Part shown: piece by piece, positions 18,487 through 27,400 of the stretch
How the letters are laid out: every line of letters begins with the position of its first letter
How positions within the stretch are numbered: position 1 is the stretch's first letter
From: Candidatus Sungiibacteriota bacterium
Lineage (GTDB): Bacteria > Patescibacteriota > Minisyncoccia > Sungbacterales > HO2-52-23
Length of the DNA: 64,000 nt
Direction: 5' to 3'
Assembly: GCA_016180435.1 (NCBI GenBank)
Contig: JACPBG010000001.1
Coordinates: 283,107-347,106 of the forward strand
The notes under the pieces: generated by a model
Seen by the model: the letters and a program-made list of their open reading frames with translations, nothing else
The model's database searches: none
Told to the model about the DNA's origin: nothing
Made by a program: the position numbers and the translations under genes

Positions 18487-19291
18487 CTTTTTTCTTCAGA
18501 GATTCGATCGTTGTAACTACTTCCGAATTTTGCGGATCTTTTTCCAATACTTTCTGCCACCAGACAAGAGCCAGTGAAAATTTGCCCTCGGTTTCGTACA
18601 AACGCGCCAGATATTTCGTAAGATCCAAGGAATCCGGATTGGCCGCGATACCCTCAAACAAAATATCATCCGCCAAATCCTTTTTTTCCGCATAAGAATA
18701 TGAATATAAATCGGAAAGCGACATATAAGTTGACGGGTCATTCGGCTTATTTTTTATGGATATTTTGAAATTTTCCTCGGATTTCGGAAAATTCGGTATG
18801 TATCTCCAATAAAGCTCACCTAAATTCGCAAAAGAAACCGAATTTTTAGGGCTAATAACACCGGCGTACTCCCAAGCGTCCCGCGCCCCCTCAAAATCCC
18901 CGATCACTTTTTTAAGCAGTCCCACCTGGATCCAGCCGAAAAAATAATCGGGCTTTTCCTTTACGGCGCTTCCGTGCATGCGCAACTCGCCATAAATTTT
19001 TTCTTTCTGTTCCGCGCTGAATAATTTTACTTCCTCCGGGCTGGACCGCACCTCCTGCGGATCGCGGCCGGTATATGAAGGCGCCTCGTTTTTAACCACT
19101 TTACTCTTTTGATCCTCGGCAGATGGCGCGGACCGGGATGGAGGTAAAGAAATTTCCTGCGGATTAACCGGAGAAAAATCAGGACCGAACGAAAAAAGGG
19201 CGGAAATTTTGTCACGAAATACAAAAACCGCGACAATTAAAAAAAATGCCGCTATGACTATGCTGATTTTTTTAACAGAAAAACTTATCAC
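18467..19291 (-). CDS. membrane-anchored TPR-repeat protein
   Basis: N-terminal TM helix. The C-terminal half has TPR-like repeats (WEYAGVI..., LGELYWRY..., LARLYETEGKFSLALVWWQKVLEKDPQN). Confidence 0.55.
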   Translation of the reverse strand: MISFSVKKISIVIAAFFLIVAVFVFRDKISALFSFGPDFSPVNPQEISLPPSRSAPSAEDQKSKVVKNEAPSYTGRDPQEVRSSPEEVKLFSAEQKEKIYGELRMHGSAVKEKPDYFFGWIQVGLLKKVIGDFEGARDAWEYAGVISPKNSVSFANLGELYWRYIPNFPKSEENFKISIKNKPNDPSTYMSLSDLYSYSYAEKKDLADDILFEGIAANPDSLDLTKYLARLYETEGKFSLALVWWQKVLEKDPQNSEVVTTIESLKKKVEVKPQ

Positions 19292-19384
19292 GCTCTCTTA
19301 AGCCGAACACGAAACCGAGTTTCTTGTCGCTGGAAACTCGGTTTCTGACTATCGGGGTTCAACCTCTATAATTTTTATAGTTTT

Positions 19385-20365
19385 CTAGTCCCGCCTGAAA
19401 GTGAATGAAAATCCGCCGGTTGGACTTATCGGAACCGCGGCCAAAAATTCTTTAAACTCGAATTTCAGAGTGCCGCTTATGACATATTCCATTCCGTCAA
19501 TCCACAAGCCCAGCGCCTTGACCTCCCCCGGATTTATGATCACATCATACGAGAGACCCGCTGGCGCGCGATGCGGAGAATCAGATTGGGGAACAGTGGA
19601 ATTAAATTTAAAAGAAGTCCGGCTGATCACATCATCCGCGGTAGTCGTGCCTTTGCGCAAAATAAAGAATACTTCGCGTCCGCGGTTCAATTGCGCGTTC
19701 ATTTGATCCGTAACATTCATAATAATTTGCGAGAGCGGAATTTTTTCCGAAGTGCCGTTTCGTATGGTAATATCTCCAATTTTTAAAGAGGATACCGAAT
19801 TTGGCGGAAACTGCTGATCTCCGCTGCCGGACACCTCAAGAACCGGAGACGACGTAGGAGATGGAATAACCGGCTCTGAAATTGTAGGCGTAGGAACAGA
19901 CGTCGGAGCAGGCGCAAGGATCGGCGTAGGCGCGGGAGTTGGCGCAGGCACTGCGACAGATCCGCTCTGTAGAGCCGCTATTTGGCTCTGGAGCTCCTTA
20001 ATTTTGGCAAGAAGCTCTATGATCTGTTTGTCGGAAGTTGAAACCGGTATGGATGAAACAGGCGCAACGGGCTGTTTCACCAGCATTTCATTGGCTCGCG
20101 CCCTGGTTTTTGGCCCAAAATAGCCCGCCGGTGGCGTAATTTTTTCTCTTTCCTGAAACACCTTCACTCCCTCGCGCGTCAAAACCAGGAAATTGCCGGT
20201 TATGGGGCCGCTATATACGTTCTCGTTACGCAAAAACTCCTGCAGGCGTATTACATCCGAATCATTGCTCATGCCATAATAAAGGTCGCGCTCAAAACCC
20301 GCAGCGAATACAAAAAGAGGGGCAACCGCTAAAAGTAAGATAAGAATAACTTTTGATTTTTCCAT
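19385..20365 (-). CDS. secreted protein with a PG_binding_1 peptidoglycan-binding domain, a coiled coil and a Pro/Thr linker
   Basis: Signal peptide; DVIRLQEFLRNENVYSGPITGNFLVLTREGVKVFQ (PGBD); LLAKIKELQSQIAALQSG (coiled coil); PAPTPAPTPILAPAPT. Confidence 0.6.
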   Translation of the reverse strand: MEKSKVILILLLAVAPLFVFAAGFERDLYYGMSNDSDVIRLQEFLRNENVYSGPITGNFLVLTREGVKVFQEREKITPPAGYFGPKTRARANEMLVKQPVAPVSSIPVSTSDKQIIELLAKIKELQSQIAALQSGSVAVPAPTPAPTPILAPAPTSVPTPTISEPVIPSPTSSPVLEVSGSGDQQFPPNSVSSLKIGDITIRNGTSEKIPLSQIIMNVTDQMNAQLNRGREVFFILRKGTTTADDVISRTSFKFNSTVPQSDSPHRAPAGLSYDVIINPGEVKALGLWIDGMEYVISGTLKFEFKEFLAAVPISPTGGFSFTFRRD

Positions 20366-20417
20366 ATAAATCCATTATATATCATACAAGATTCTACTTC
20401 AACTCTCTCTTCACGGA

Positions 20418-20481
20418 CTATAGAGGCTAAGCCTCATAATCAACTATAGAGGCTTAGCCTCTATAGTTGCCTCTATAGTAC
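20418..20481. repeat. two tandem copies of the 23-nt CTATAGAGGC(T/A)TAGCCTCTATAG palindrome
   Basis: Intergenic, between two PGBD surface protein genes. Confidence 0.65.
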
Positions 20482-20535
20482 GCAAGAAACCGAGTTTCCC
20501 AAGGAAACTCGGTTTCTGGACTATTTTCAAAACAG

Positions 20536-21558
20536 TTATTGCCCTTGCAAAGCGTTGATTTTGGCCTGAATTTCCTGAATTTTCTGCATAATCGCATTAA
20601 TTTGGGCTTGATTGCCGGTTGTTCCGGTCGGAGCTGACTGCGGAACTGGCGGCGCAGTCGGAGGCGAAACAACAGGAGCGGACGAACCGCCAAAGATCTC
20701 GTTCAATTTTGCCATGGTCTTAGGACCAACTCTTCCATTGCCCAGATCATTCGCGCTTGCAATCACGCCGTATTTTAGCTGAAAACGGCGCACGGCATTA
20801 CGGGTAAGAGTCCCATAATATCCGGAGGCAGTTCCTTCAGGATAAATAGCCGGATCCTGCGCAAGCAACTGCTGGAGCCGATGCACTTCATCGCTCCTCT
20901 CCCCGGGATTCATAACTCTGGCAAATACTCCATATGCCGGAGGAACTGCGGTTGGAGCCGGAGTTTCCTGGCCGGAGCGCAAAGCCGTGATTCGCGCCAT
21001 AATTGCCGCAATTTGCTGCTGGATTGATGCTATGGTCGGAGATGCCGGAGCAGAAATCGGTGTCGGAGTTGGAACCACTAATCTTGGAGTCGGGGTTGGA
21101 GTTGGCGCTGGAGGAGAATAAGAACTCCCGCCACCGCCTCCGCCTCCGCCGCCGGTGGAAACCGAACCTGGGGCTCCACCACCGCCACTACTGCTACTGC
21201 AACTCCCCGAGGGACTTACAGTAATGGTTTCAGTTGTAGCGCCCTGACCCTTAGACAGAACAATCCGCGATTGACTGGACTCACATAGGGTAGTTGCACC
21301 CAATGAAGGAGAAACCGTAAAATTTTTCTTATCAGCCGAGGTTATCTCTATGCTTGATCCGGCGGACATCACAAAATCGAAACTTGAAGTGTTCACCGTT
21401 ACCGAATCAAACGTACTGCCTATGAACACCGTATATTGGGAACTATCGGAAGGAAGCACCAGAGTGAAACTATTCGCCACACTCACCTCGTTTGCCGCCC
21501 AAACCGCCCAAGGCGACACCAGCAGGAAGAAAACCGCAAAGAATTGCTTATTGGTCAT
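20536..21558 (-). CDS. secreted protein with a PG_binding_1 domain and two coiled coils, Gly/Ser and Pro/Thr linkers
   Basis: Signal peptide; GGGGAPGSVSTGGGGGGGGGSS; IQQQIAAIMARITALRSG; VHRLQQLLAQDPAIYPEGTASGYYGTLTRNAVRRFQ (PGBD); QKIQEIQAKINALQGQ. Confidence 0.6.
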   Translation of the reverse strand: MTNKQFFAVFFLLVSPWAVWAANEVSVANSFTLVLPSDSSQYTVFIGSTFDSVTVNTSSFDFVMSAGSSIEITSADKKNFTVSPSLGATTLCESSQSRIVLSKGQGATTETITVSPSGSCSSSSGGGGAPGSVSTGGGGGGGGGSSYSPPAPTPTPTPRLVVPTPTPISAPASPTIASIQQQIAAIMARITALRSGQETPAPTAVPPAYGVFARVMNPGERSDEVHRLQQLLAQDPAIYPEGTASGYYGTLTRNAVRRFQLKYGVIASANDLGNGRVGPKTMAKLNEIFGGSSAPVVSPPTAPPVPQSAPTGTTGNQAQINAIMQKIQEIQAKINALQGQ

Positions 21559-21635
21559 AATGATTACGCATGGCGCCTGAACTTATCATGTTGCAACACG
21601 AACAATCCGGAGCCACACGCTAAAAAAGGCGAGTG

Positions 21636-23393
21636 TTAGCGAATAATCAGATAGCGCCAGGTGGAAGTTGTAACGGTCCAGGCGGCATCGGTCATATTAT
21701 ACAATTCTGCCTGTATACGATTGGCCGCCGTGGTAGATGCTTTGCCGGTATAAATTACAGTGCCTCGGCCGGAACCAAATGAACCAGTACCCATAGCAGT
21801 CGTAGTTGCTGTAAGAAATACCGCGTCATTAGTGGCTACGTTACTAAGGCCTGTTGTACAACCGACAGTACCGGTTGAAGTAGCGGCGATAGATTGAGCA
21901 TCTAAAATGGGTCCGCAATCAACAAACCCGGTCAAAACCTGAGTCAAGGCCGTGCCATTTGCGCCCATTTTGGTAGTGCCAGTATGCGTAGTTACGCCAG
22001 TTACTCCCAGCGTGCCTCCTATTGTAGCATTATTGGATACGCTCAACGCGGATGTGGTGGCAAAGGAAGTTGCGGCAAAATTTGTGGAAGTAGCTTGAGT
22101 AAGAGTGGCGTAAGCGTTTACAGTCAGGGTGTCTACGGAATCAGTGCCCAAGGTGATATTACCTTGAATAGTGGCATCATTAGATACACGCAACGCGGAT
22201 GTGGTGGCAAAGGTAGTTGCGGCAAAATTCGTGGAAGTGGCTTGAGTAAGAGTAGTATAGGCGTTTACAGTCAAGGTCTGCGAGGAAGATTGTCCAACCG
22301 TAACATCACCCTGAAGAGTGGAGGCATTAGATACCCGCAACGCGGATGTGGAAGCAAACTGGTCTACGTTAAGAGTGGTGGTGGTTGCCAGAGTTGTGGT
22401 AGAACGAGTTAAGTTTAATCCGATCATGGTGGAAGAGGCATAGTTTACAATAATACCAACAGTAGTGGTAGGTCGAATTGAATCTTGCGCAACGGTTACT
22501 CCCCAATCGCGTCCGTCGCCCGGCGCATCCGTACCACAACCAAATTTTCCGGTAGAAAGGGTGTAAACCACTTTATTAGTAGAAGCCACACAGTCACCAA
22601 AAGTAGTTTGGAAAAATGCATTGGATACCGTGAGCTGGGAAGTGGAAGCAAACGAAGTCACGGCCAAATGCGTGGAAGTGGCTTGGGTAAGAGTGGCATA
22701 AGCGTTTACAGTCAGGGTGTCTACGGAATCAGTGCCCAGGGTGGTATTGCCCTGAATGGTTGCATCATTGGACACTCTCAAAGCCGAGGTGGTGGCAAAG
22801 GTAGTAATGGCAAAATTTGTGGAAGTAGCTTGAGTGAGCGTGGCATAGGCGTTTACAGTCAGAGTGTCTGCGGAATCAGTGCCCAAAGTGATATTACCTT
22901 GGATAGTGGCATCATTGGACACTCTTAAGGCCGAGGTGGTGGCAAAGGTAGTAATGGCAAAATTCGTGGAAGTAGCATTAGCCAAAGTTACATCGGTATA
23001 AAATGTAGCAACTCCGGTTACCAATAAAGTGCTGGATGCCCGCAAAGAGCCGTCAAACCACACGATTCCGTCATATTCGGCCTGGCCCTCCACTAACAAT
23101 GAATCTGTGGCAAGAGCTGTCAGGTGATCGCCGGTTGATCCGGTACCCACGCGCGCGCCTGACGTTACCGTAAGGTCATCGCTGGCAGTTACCGCTCCGG
23201 TCAGAGTAGATGCGCCATCCACGGTCAATGTTCCAGACACCGTAACATTTGTCCCGACAGACGTTGCCCAAACCGACATTCCAACAGCCAAAGCGGCGCC
23301 CATGGCAGCGGCCGATGCGATCTTCAAAAGATTTCTTTTAAGAAACTTTTTTTGCATAATAATTGTTTTTATAAATAGAACCGAATAAACCAA
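21636..23393 (-). CDS. secreted Thr/Ser-rich surface protein with ~46-aa tandem repeats
   Basis: Signal peptide. At least 5 copies of ATSTNFAITTFATTSALRVSNDATIQGNITLGTDS(A/V)DTLTVNAYATLTQ, encoded by ~138-nt DNA repeats. Confidence 0.6.
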   Translation of the reverse strand: MVYSVLFIKTIIMQKKFLKRNLLKIASAAAMGAALAVGMSVWATSVGTNVTVSGTLTVDGASTLTGAVTASDDLTVTSGARVGTGSTGDHLTALATDSLLVEGQAEYDGIVWFDGSLRASSTLLVTGVATFYTDVTLANATSTNFAITTFATTSALRVSNDATIQGNITLGTDSADTLTVNAYATLTQATSTNFAITTFATTSALRVSNDATIQGNTTLGTDSVDTLTVNAYATLTQATSTHLAVTSFASTSQLTVSNAFFQTTFGDCVASTNKVVYTLSTGKFGCGTDAPGDGRDWGVTVAQDSIRPTTTVGIIVNYASSTMIGLNLTRSTTTLATTTTLNVDQFASTSALRVSNASTLQGDVTVGQSSSQTLTVNAYTTLTQATSTNFAATTFATTSALRVSNDATIQGNITLGTDSVDTLTVNAYATLTQATSTNFAATSFATTSALSVSNNATIGGTLGVTGVTTHTGTTKMGANGTALTQVLTGFVDCGPILDAQSIAATSTGTVGCTTGLSNVATNDAVFLTATTTAMGTGSFGSGRGTVIYTGKASTTAANRIQAELYNMTDAAWTVTTSTWRYLIIR

Positions 23394-23748
23394 TCAATGG
23401 CGTATAAGATCCGTATTTACAATAATTACACCGATAAAATCGGCGTATCCTAAATTAAATTTAATTAAAAAACGATTTCGACGCTTTAATAAGTAAAAGA
23501 GTTGCTCAAATCCATATTTTCCAAAAGTAATCAAACCTTGCTTTGAAAATTAGGAATAGAGTAACTCTTTTTATTATATCCTCTCTGAAAACCCATGCAA
23601 TAGGGGGGGCTGTGGATAACTTTTCTCGCTCGCTATAGCGGTTTCGGCTGTTGCAATTTAGACATGGCTATCTACTCGGTAATCGCCTTTTCGTTCAAAA
23701 CTTCGGTCTGGACAAAGTTTTCGTTCGGCATCCTGCGTTTTTCGGCAA

Positions 23749-23957
23749 GGCTTCGGCCGCTCCTGCGGCGGCCTGCAGGGTCGGAAAAATTCTCAGACCG
23801 TCCGAAAACTGCAAAAACAGCACTTTCGTCATTCTGAGCGCAGCGAAGAATCTCGTATTTAAGCCATTATAAAAACGCATAGATTCTTCACGTTGTTCAG
23901 AATGACAGTTTTCGGACGGTCTGAGACCAAGCAATTTTTCCTCCCATTGCCGAAAAA
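23749..23957 (-). ncRNA. structured element copy D (expanded ~140-nt hairpin) upstream of the 585-aa surface protein gene
   Basis: Diverged but recognisable flanks (…CTCCTGCGGCGGCCTGCAGGGTCGG… and …ACCAAGCAATTTTTCCTCCCATTG…). They surround a near-perfect long hairpin whose outer stem is CTCAGACCGTCCGAAAACTG/CAGTTTTCGGACGGTCTGAG. Confidence 0.35.
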
Positions 23958-24180
23958 ATGCAGGGTGCCTCACTTATAGCAAAGATAGGCCTTCCGTTAA
24001 TTTCACGAAAAAAGCGGATTACCTCGCCAAGAAATTCATATTGCACATTGCAATGGCCAAAATCGCAGCTGACTCGCTTTTGGGGATTGCTGAATGTATA
24101 CGCCTTCGGCGGTTACTCCATTATATAAAAATGAAACAATTTATATCATAGATAAGCCATTTTCCCATCAGGAAAACACC

Positions 24181-24210
24181 AAAAAACCCCGCTTAAAAAA
24201 CGGGGTTTTC
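24181..24210 (-). terminator. second hairpin terminator (AAAACCCCG-loop-CGGGGTTTT), bidirectional in appearance
   Basis: GC stem flanked by A-run and T-run on both sides. Confidence 0.4.
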
Positions 24211-24423
24211 TATTAGTGAAGTCCGACTTCAATAGATTATCTATTGAAGTCGGACTTCGATAACTTAAATAATTACAAAGCCCCGCTGGAAGCGGGGCTT
24301 TGTCGAGCTCATTCACCCCGTTAGAGATCCGGCCCATCGCAATAGAATGTCAGAAATTATCTCTCCGGTTCCATACGCTTCACCACGATTTTACCGTTCC
24401 GCATCTCTAACGGGGCAAGCAAG

Positions 24424-24460
24424 GATAAAAAAACCAACCCCCAAGAGAGGGGGTTGGTTC
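24424..24460 (-). terminator. rho-independent terminator after the giant surface protein gene
   Basis: Stem AACCAACCCCC / GGGGTTGGTT with loop AAGAGAG, followed on the minus strand by a T-run. It lies 20 nt past the stop codon. Confidence 0.6.
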
Positions 24461-24479
24461 CAAGTCCACAAGGATGACT

Positions 24480-27400
24480 TTACTTCGTGAACGATTGCGG
24501 GGTCATTTCCGTACCCGGAAGTCCGGACACCTGGAAACCGTTCAGCCAGTCCACATTATCAACCGAAGAGGTCGTAGTGGTGTTTGGCGACCAGACAAAC
24601 TTACCGGTTGCGCCAGACACCGCATCAGATGTTTCGCGGCTAACCAAGTTGGTGTTGTTGGCCACTGCCGAATCACCCAAGAGCGCCACAGAGATATTGT
24701 CTCCGGCTGTTACCGAAGCGAATGTTCCAAGAAGCTGGAAGTAACGGGAAGTTCCTGCCGGGATATTAAGTGACTCAACCGATTCATCAGCCGCAGACGC
24801 GGTTGTAAGCGCCGGGTTGAAGAAGAACACTACGCTGTTGGAAGGCGCTCCATGCGTTCCCACACCTCCCCAAGTGCTCGTACCAACTGCAGATACGTTC
24901 GTTGCCGAGGAATACCCGGTATGAACAGGGTTGGTAGCATACGCTGCAGTAGAGAAGCTTGAGTCAGAGTAGGCATAGAGTTTGAAGACCGTGGTAGTTG
25001 CAACCGTAGTGGAAGATACGCGGAAAGACAAGCGCGACAAACCTACATCTCCGGCGGCATCGGCCGTTACCTTAAAGCGATACAAAGTCATTTCTCCGTT
25101 GGCAAGAGTGTTAGACGATATTGCCAAACGCTCAAGTGTCGGATAGGACTTCACTAGGCGCACTCCGCCTCCGGCAGTATTTCCACCAGCCGCCGGGTTA
25201 ATCGTAACTCCGGATGATTGCCCAATACCATCGCTTTCTGTGGCTCCGGCTTCACCATCATGGTTAACAGCAACCAAATGTCCGCGGGTTGCGGGCTGAT
25301 TCACGCCCAAGGTTGACATATCGCCTTTAATAGTAAGCAATTTGTCGCCGTCTTTCGGAACAATGAAGGAAGAAGACAGAGTTGAGGTAGCGCGAGTATT
25401 CGTACCCTGGAATAGGGCTTCACCCACCTTGGTTGCTCCATCCCACAACGTTACTTTCATAAGGTCGGAGGAGGATGCAGTGGAAGATGAGAGGACCAGC
25501 GCTATGCGGTCAAGCTTAATGGCCTCATTATCCGCATGGAACTTCAAGACGCTCAACAGAACATCGGTTTTGCCGGCAATGGCGTATCGTTCCTGGGTTG
25601 GAGACGAAACATCCAAAGCAACCGACAAAGTGCCGTTAGCCGCAACAGTCATGGTCGGACCTCCGCTGGAGTGAGCGGTAATGGTTGCGGTCACCGTAAC
25701 TCCGGTGTCTTTGCCAACCGCAGTCGGGGTGTTATTGGTCGCATCGGCAATTCCGACATTATAAGTGGAAGTGGTTGCAACCGAGGAAATGTTACATTTG
25801 ATATCCACAACCTTGGAAGTTCCTTTAGGAACAATCAAGTGGGTATCAAAGCTAATTGACTTGTCCGCTTCATCGGCGTCATAGGCGTGGCTGGAGAAAC
25901 CAACAACATTTCCGCCGGTGTTTAAGGCAAGCGAGCCATCCCAAATCTGACAAGTATTCAGATTATCAAGGTCCGCGCCCGCACCCGCGGCAAAGTCAAG
26001 TTTCTGCGAAGTTATGCGCACATCCTCTCCGGAATTAGTTCCGTCATACTGCAAGGTTCCCATAAGGAATCCGTTGATACCGCTAACCACAGTTTGCGCA
26101 ACCGGGTTAGTACCCATTGCCAAACGCAATGAAGCGGCGCGAACAGTCATGGTATTGGCGGAAACCGCAGTTGAAGGAGTAGCGGTAATGGTAAGTCCGG
26201 TGGTTTCGCCTTTGGCGGTAATATGGCTACCCGGAGTCACAGCCGCCACTACGGTATCACCATCCTCAAAGTCGGTAGTTAATTTACCTTTTAGCTTGTA
26301 GGCGTGCACTCCCACCGGCACGGTCCAGGAATCGGTGAAGGTTACGGTTTCATCCGCTAATACATCTTTGGGACCGGCAACTACAGCACCGTTTTCATCC
26401 ACAATGGACAAACTGTCAATCTGGGTTCCATCCTCGCCCGCTGAAAGGGTAAAGGTAACCTTGTAAGAACTTATTTGCACAGCTTCGCCCTTGGATTCCA
26501 AGGTGAATGCGCCAAGTTCGGTGTTAGATACGTCCAGCGCCACATTGCCTGCGGAAACCGCGTTGGATTTCTCCACACGCAAGGATCCTTTCTGGATATC
26601 ATGCTGATATGCGTCATAGTAGGGCTCGGTGTTGGAGAATGCGCCGGTGTCATCCGTCGGGTCAGAGGAGCCATTGGCCGGAGTTATGTAATAGCCAAAG
26701 GTTTTACCGCGGGCCACCATATCGGTTCGGCGCTGAATGTCAAAGTCAACATTTCGTCCGGAACCGGATACGATATCCGCTTTAATTGAGATATCCATGG
26801 TGGCGCCTTTATCATACTCAACACCCGATCCAAAGACCGCCGTGTAGTATTTGCCGTCCGAGGAAAGAGTGGTTTCATAATCAACTCCTTTAACGGATAC
26901 TTTAACATTGGCCAAGTCGCCGGATCCGGCTGAACCGGATTGATACCATCGCATTCTTTCAAGAATAACCGGCTCGGCTGATCCAACGCTCCACTTTACA
27001 CCGGAGGAAATAAACGCCATAGTGCCGATTTCAAGATTGGTTCGGGCCGAACCCGGATCAAGCGTTCCGCGCGAAGGGGACGCCAGCGAACCAATGGCCA
27101 AAGTGCCGTTGATAGTCATGCCATTGCCCACGATCGGGAATGATCCATTGACTGCGGAAGAACCCGCGTCAACCGATACAACCGCGAATTTCGCAACTTG
27201 TCCGGCTTCGCCGCCAAGATTGCCGGTTGTGTCCATATTGGCGCCAACCGTCATAGTGCGGGAAGTGCCGGCTTTAACCACAAAGGGTTCATTCAATAAG
27301 GCACGGTGAAGCGAATTCAAGGTCTTGGCAAGGCCAACCTGATTTCCGTTCTCATCCAAGAGAACTAAATCAAGAAATGCGCTGTCGTCCGCCAATCCCT

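Noticed and set aside
21984-22928. Plus-strand ORFs (142 and 147 aa) antisense to the repeat surface protein gene
   Set aside because: They are Gly/Ser/Cys-rich repetitive translations produced by reading the Thr/Ala-rich tandem repeats backwards. Their internal repeats mirror the sense-strand repeats.
23695-23973. 92-aa minus-strand ORF covering structured element copy D
   Set aside because: It is translated through a long near-perfect hairpin, so its sequence is dictated by the palindrome. It has no motif, and the same element is non-coding in its other three copies apart from the 12-19 codon mini-ORF.
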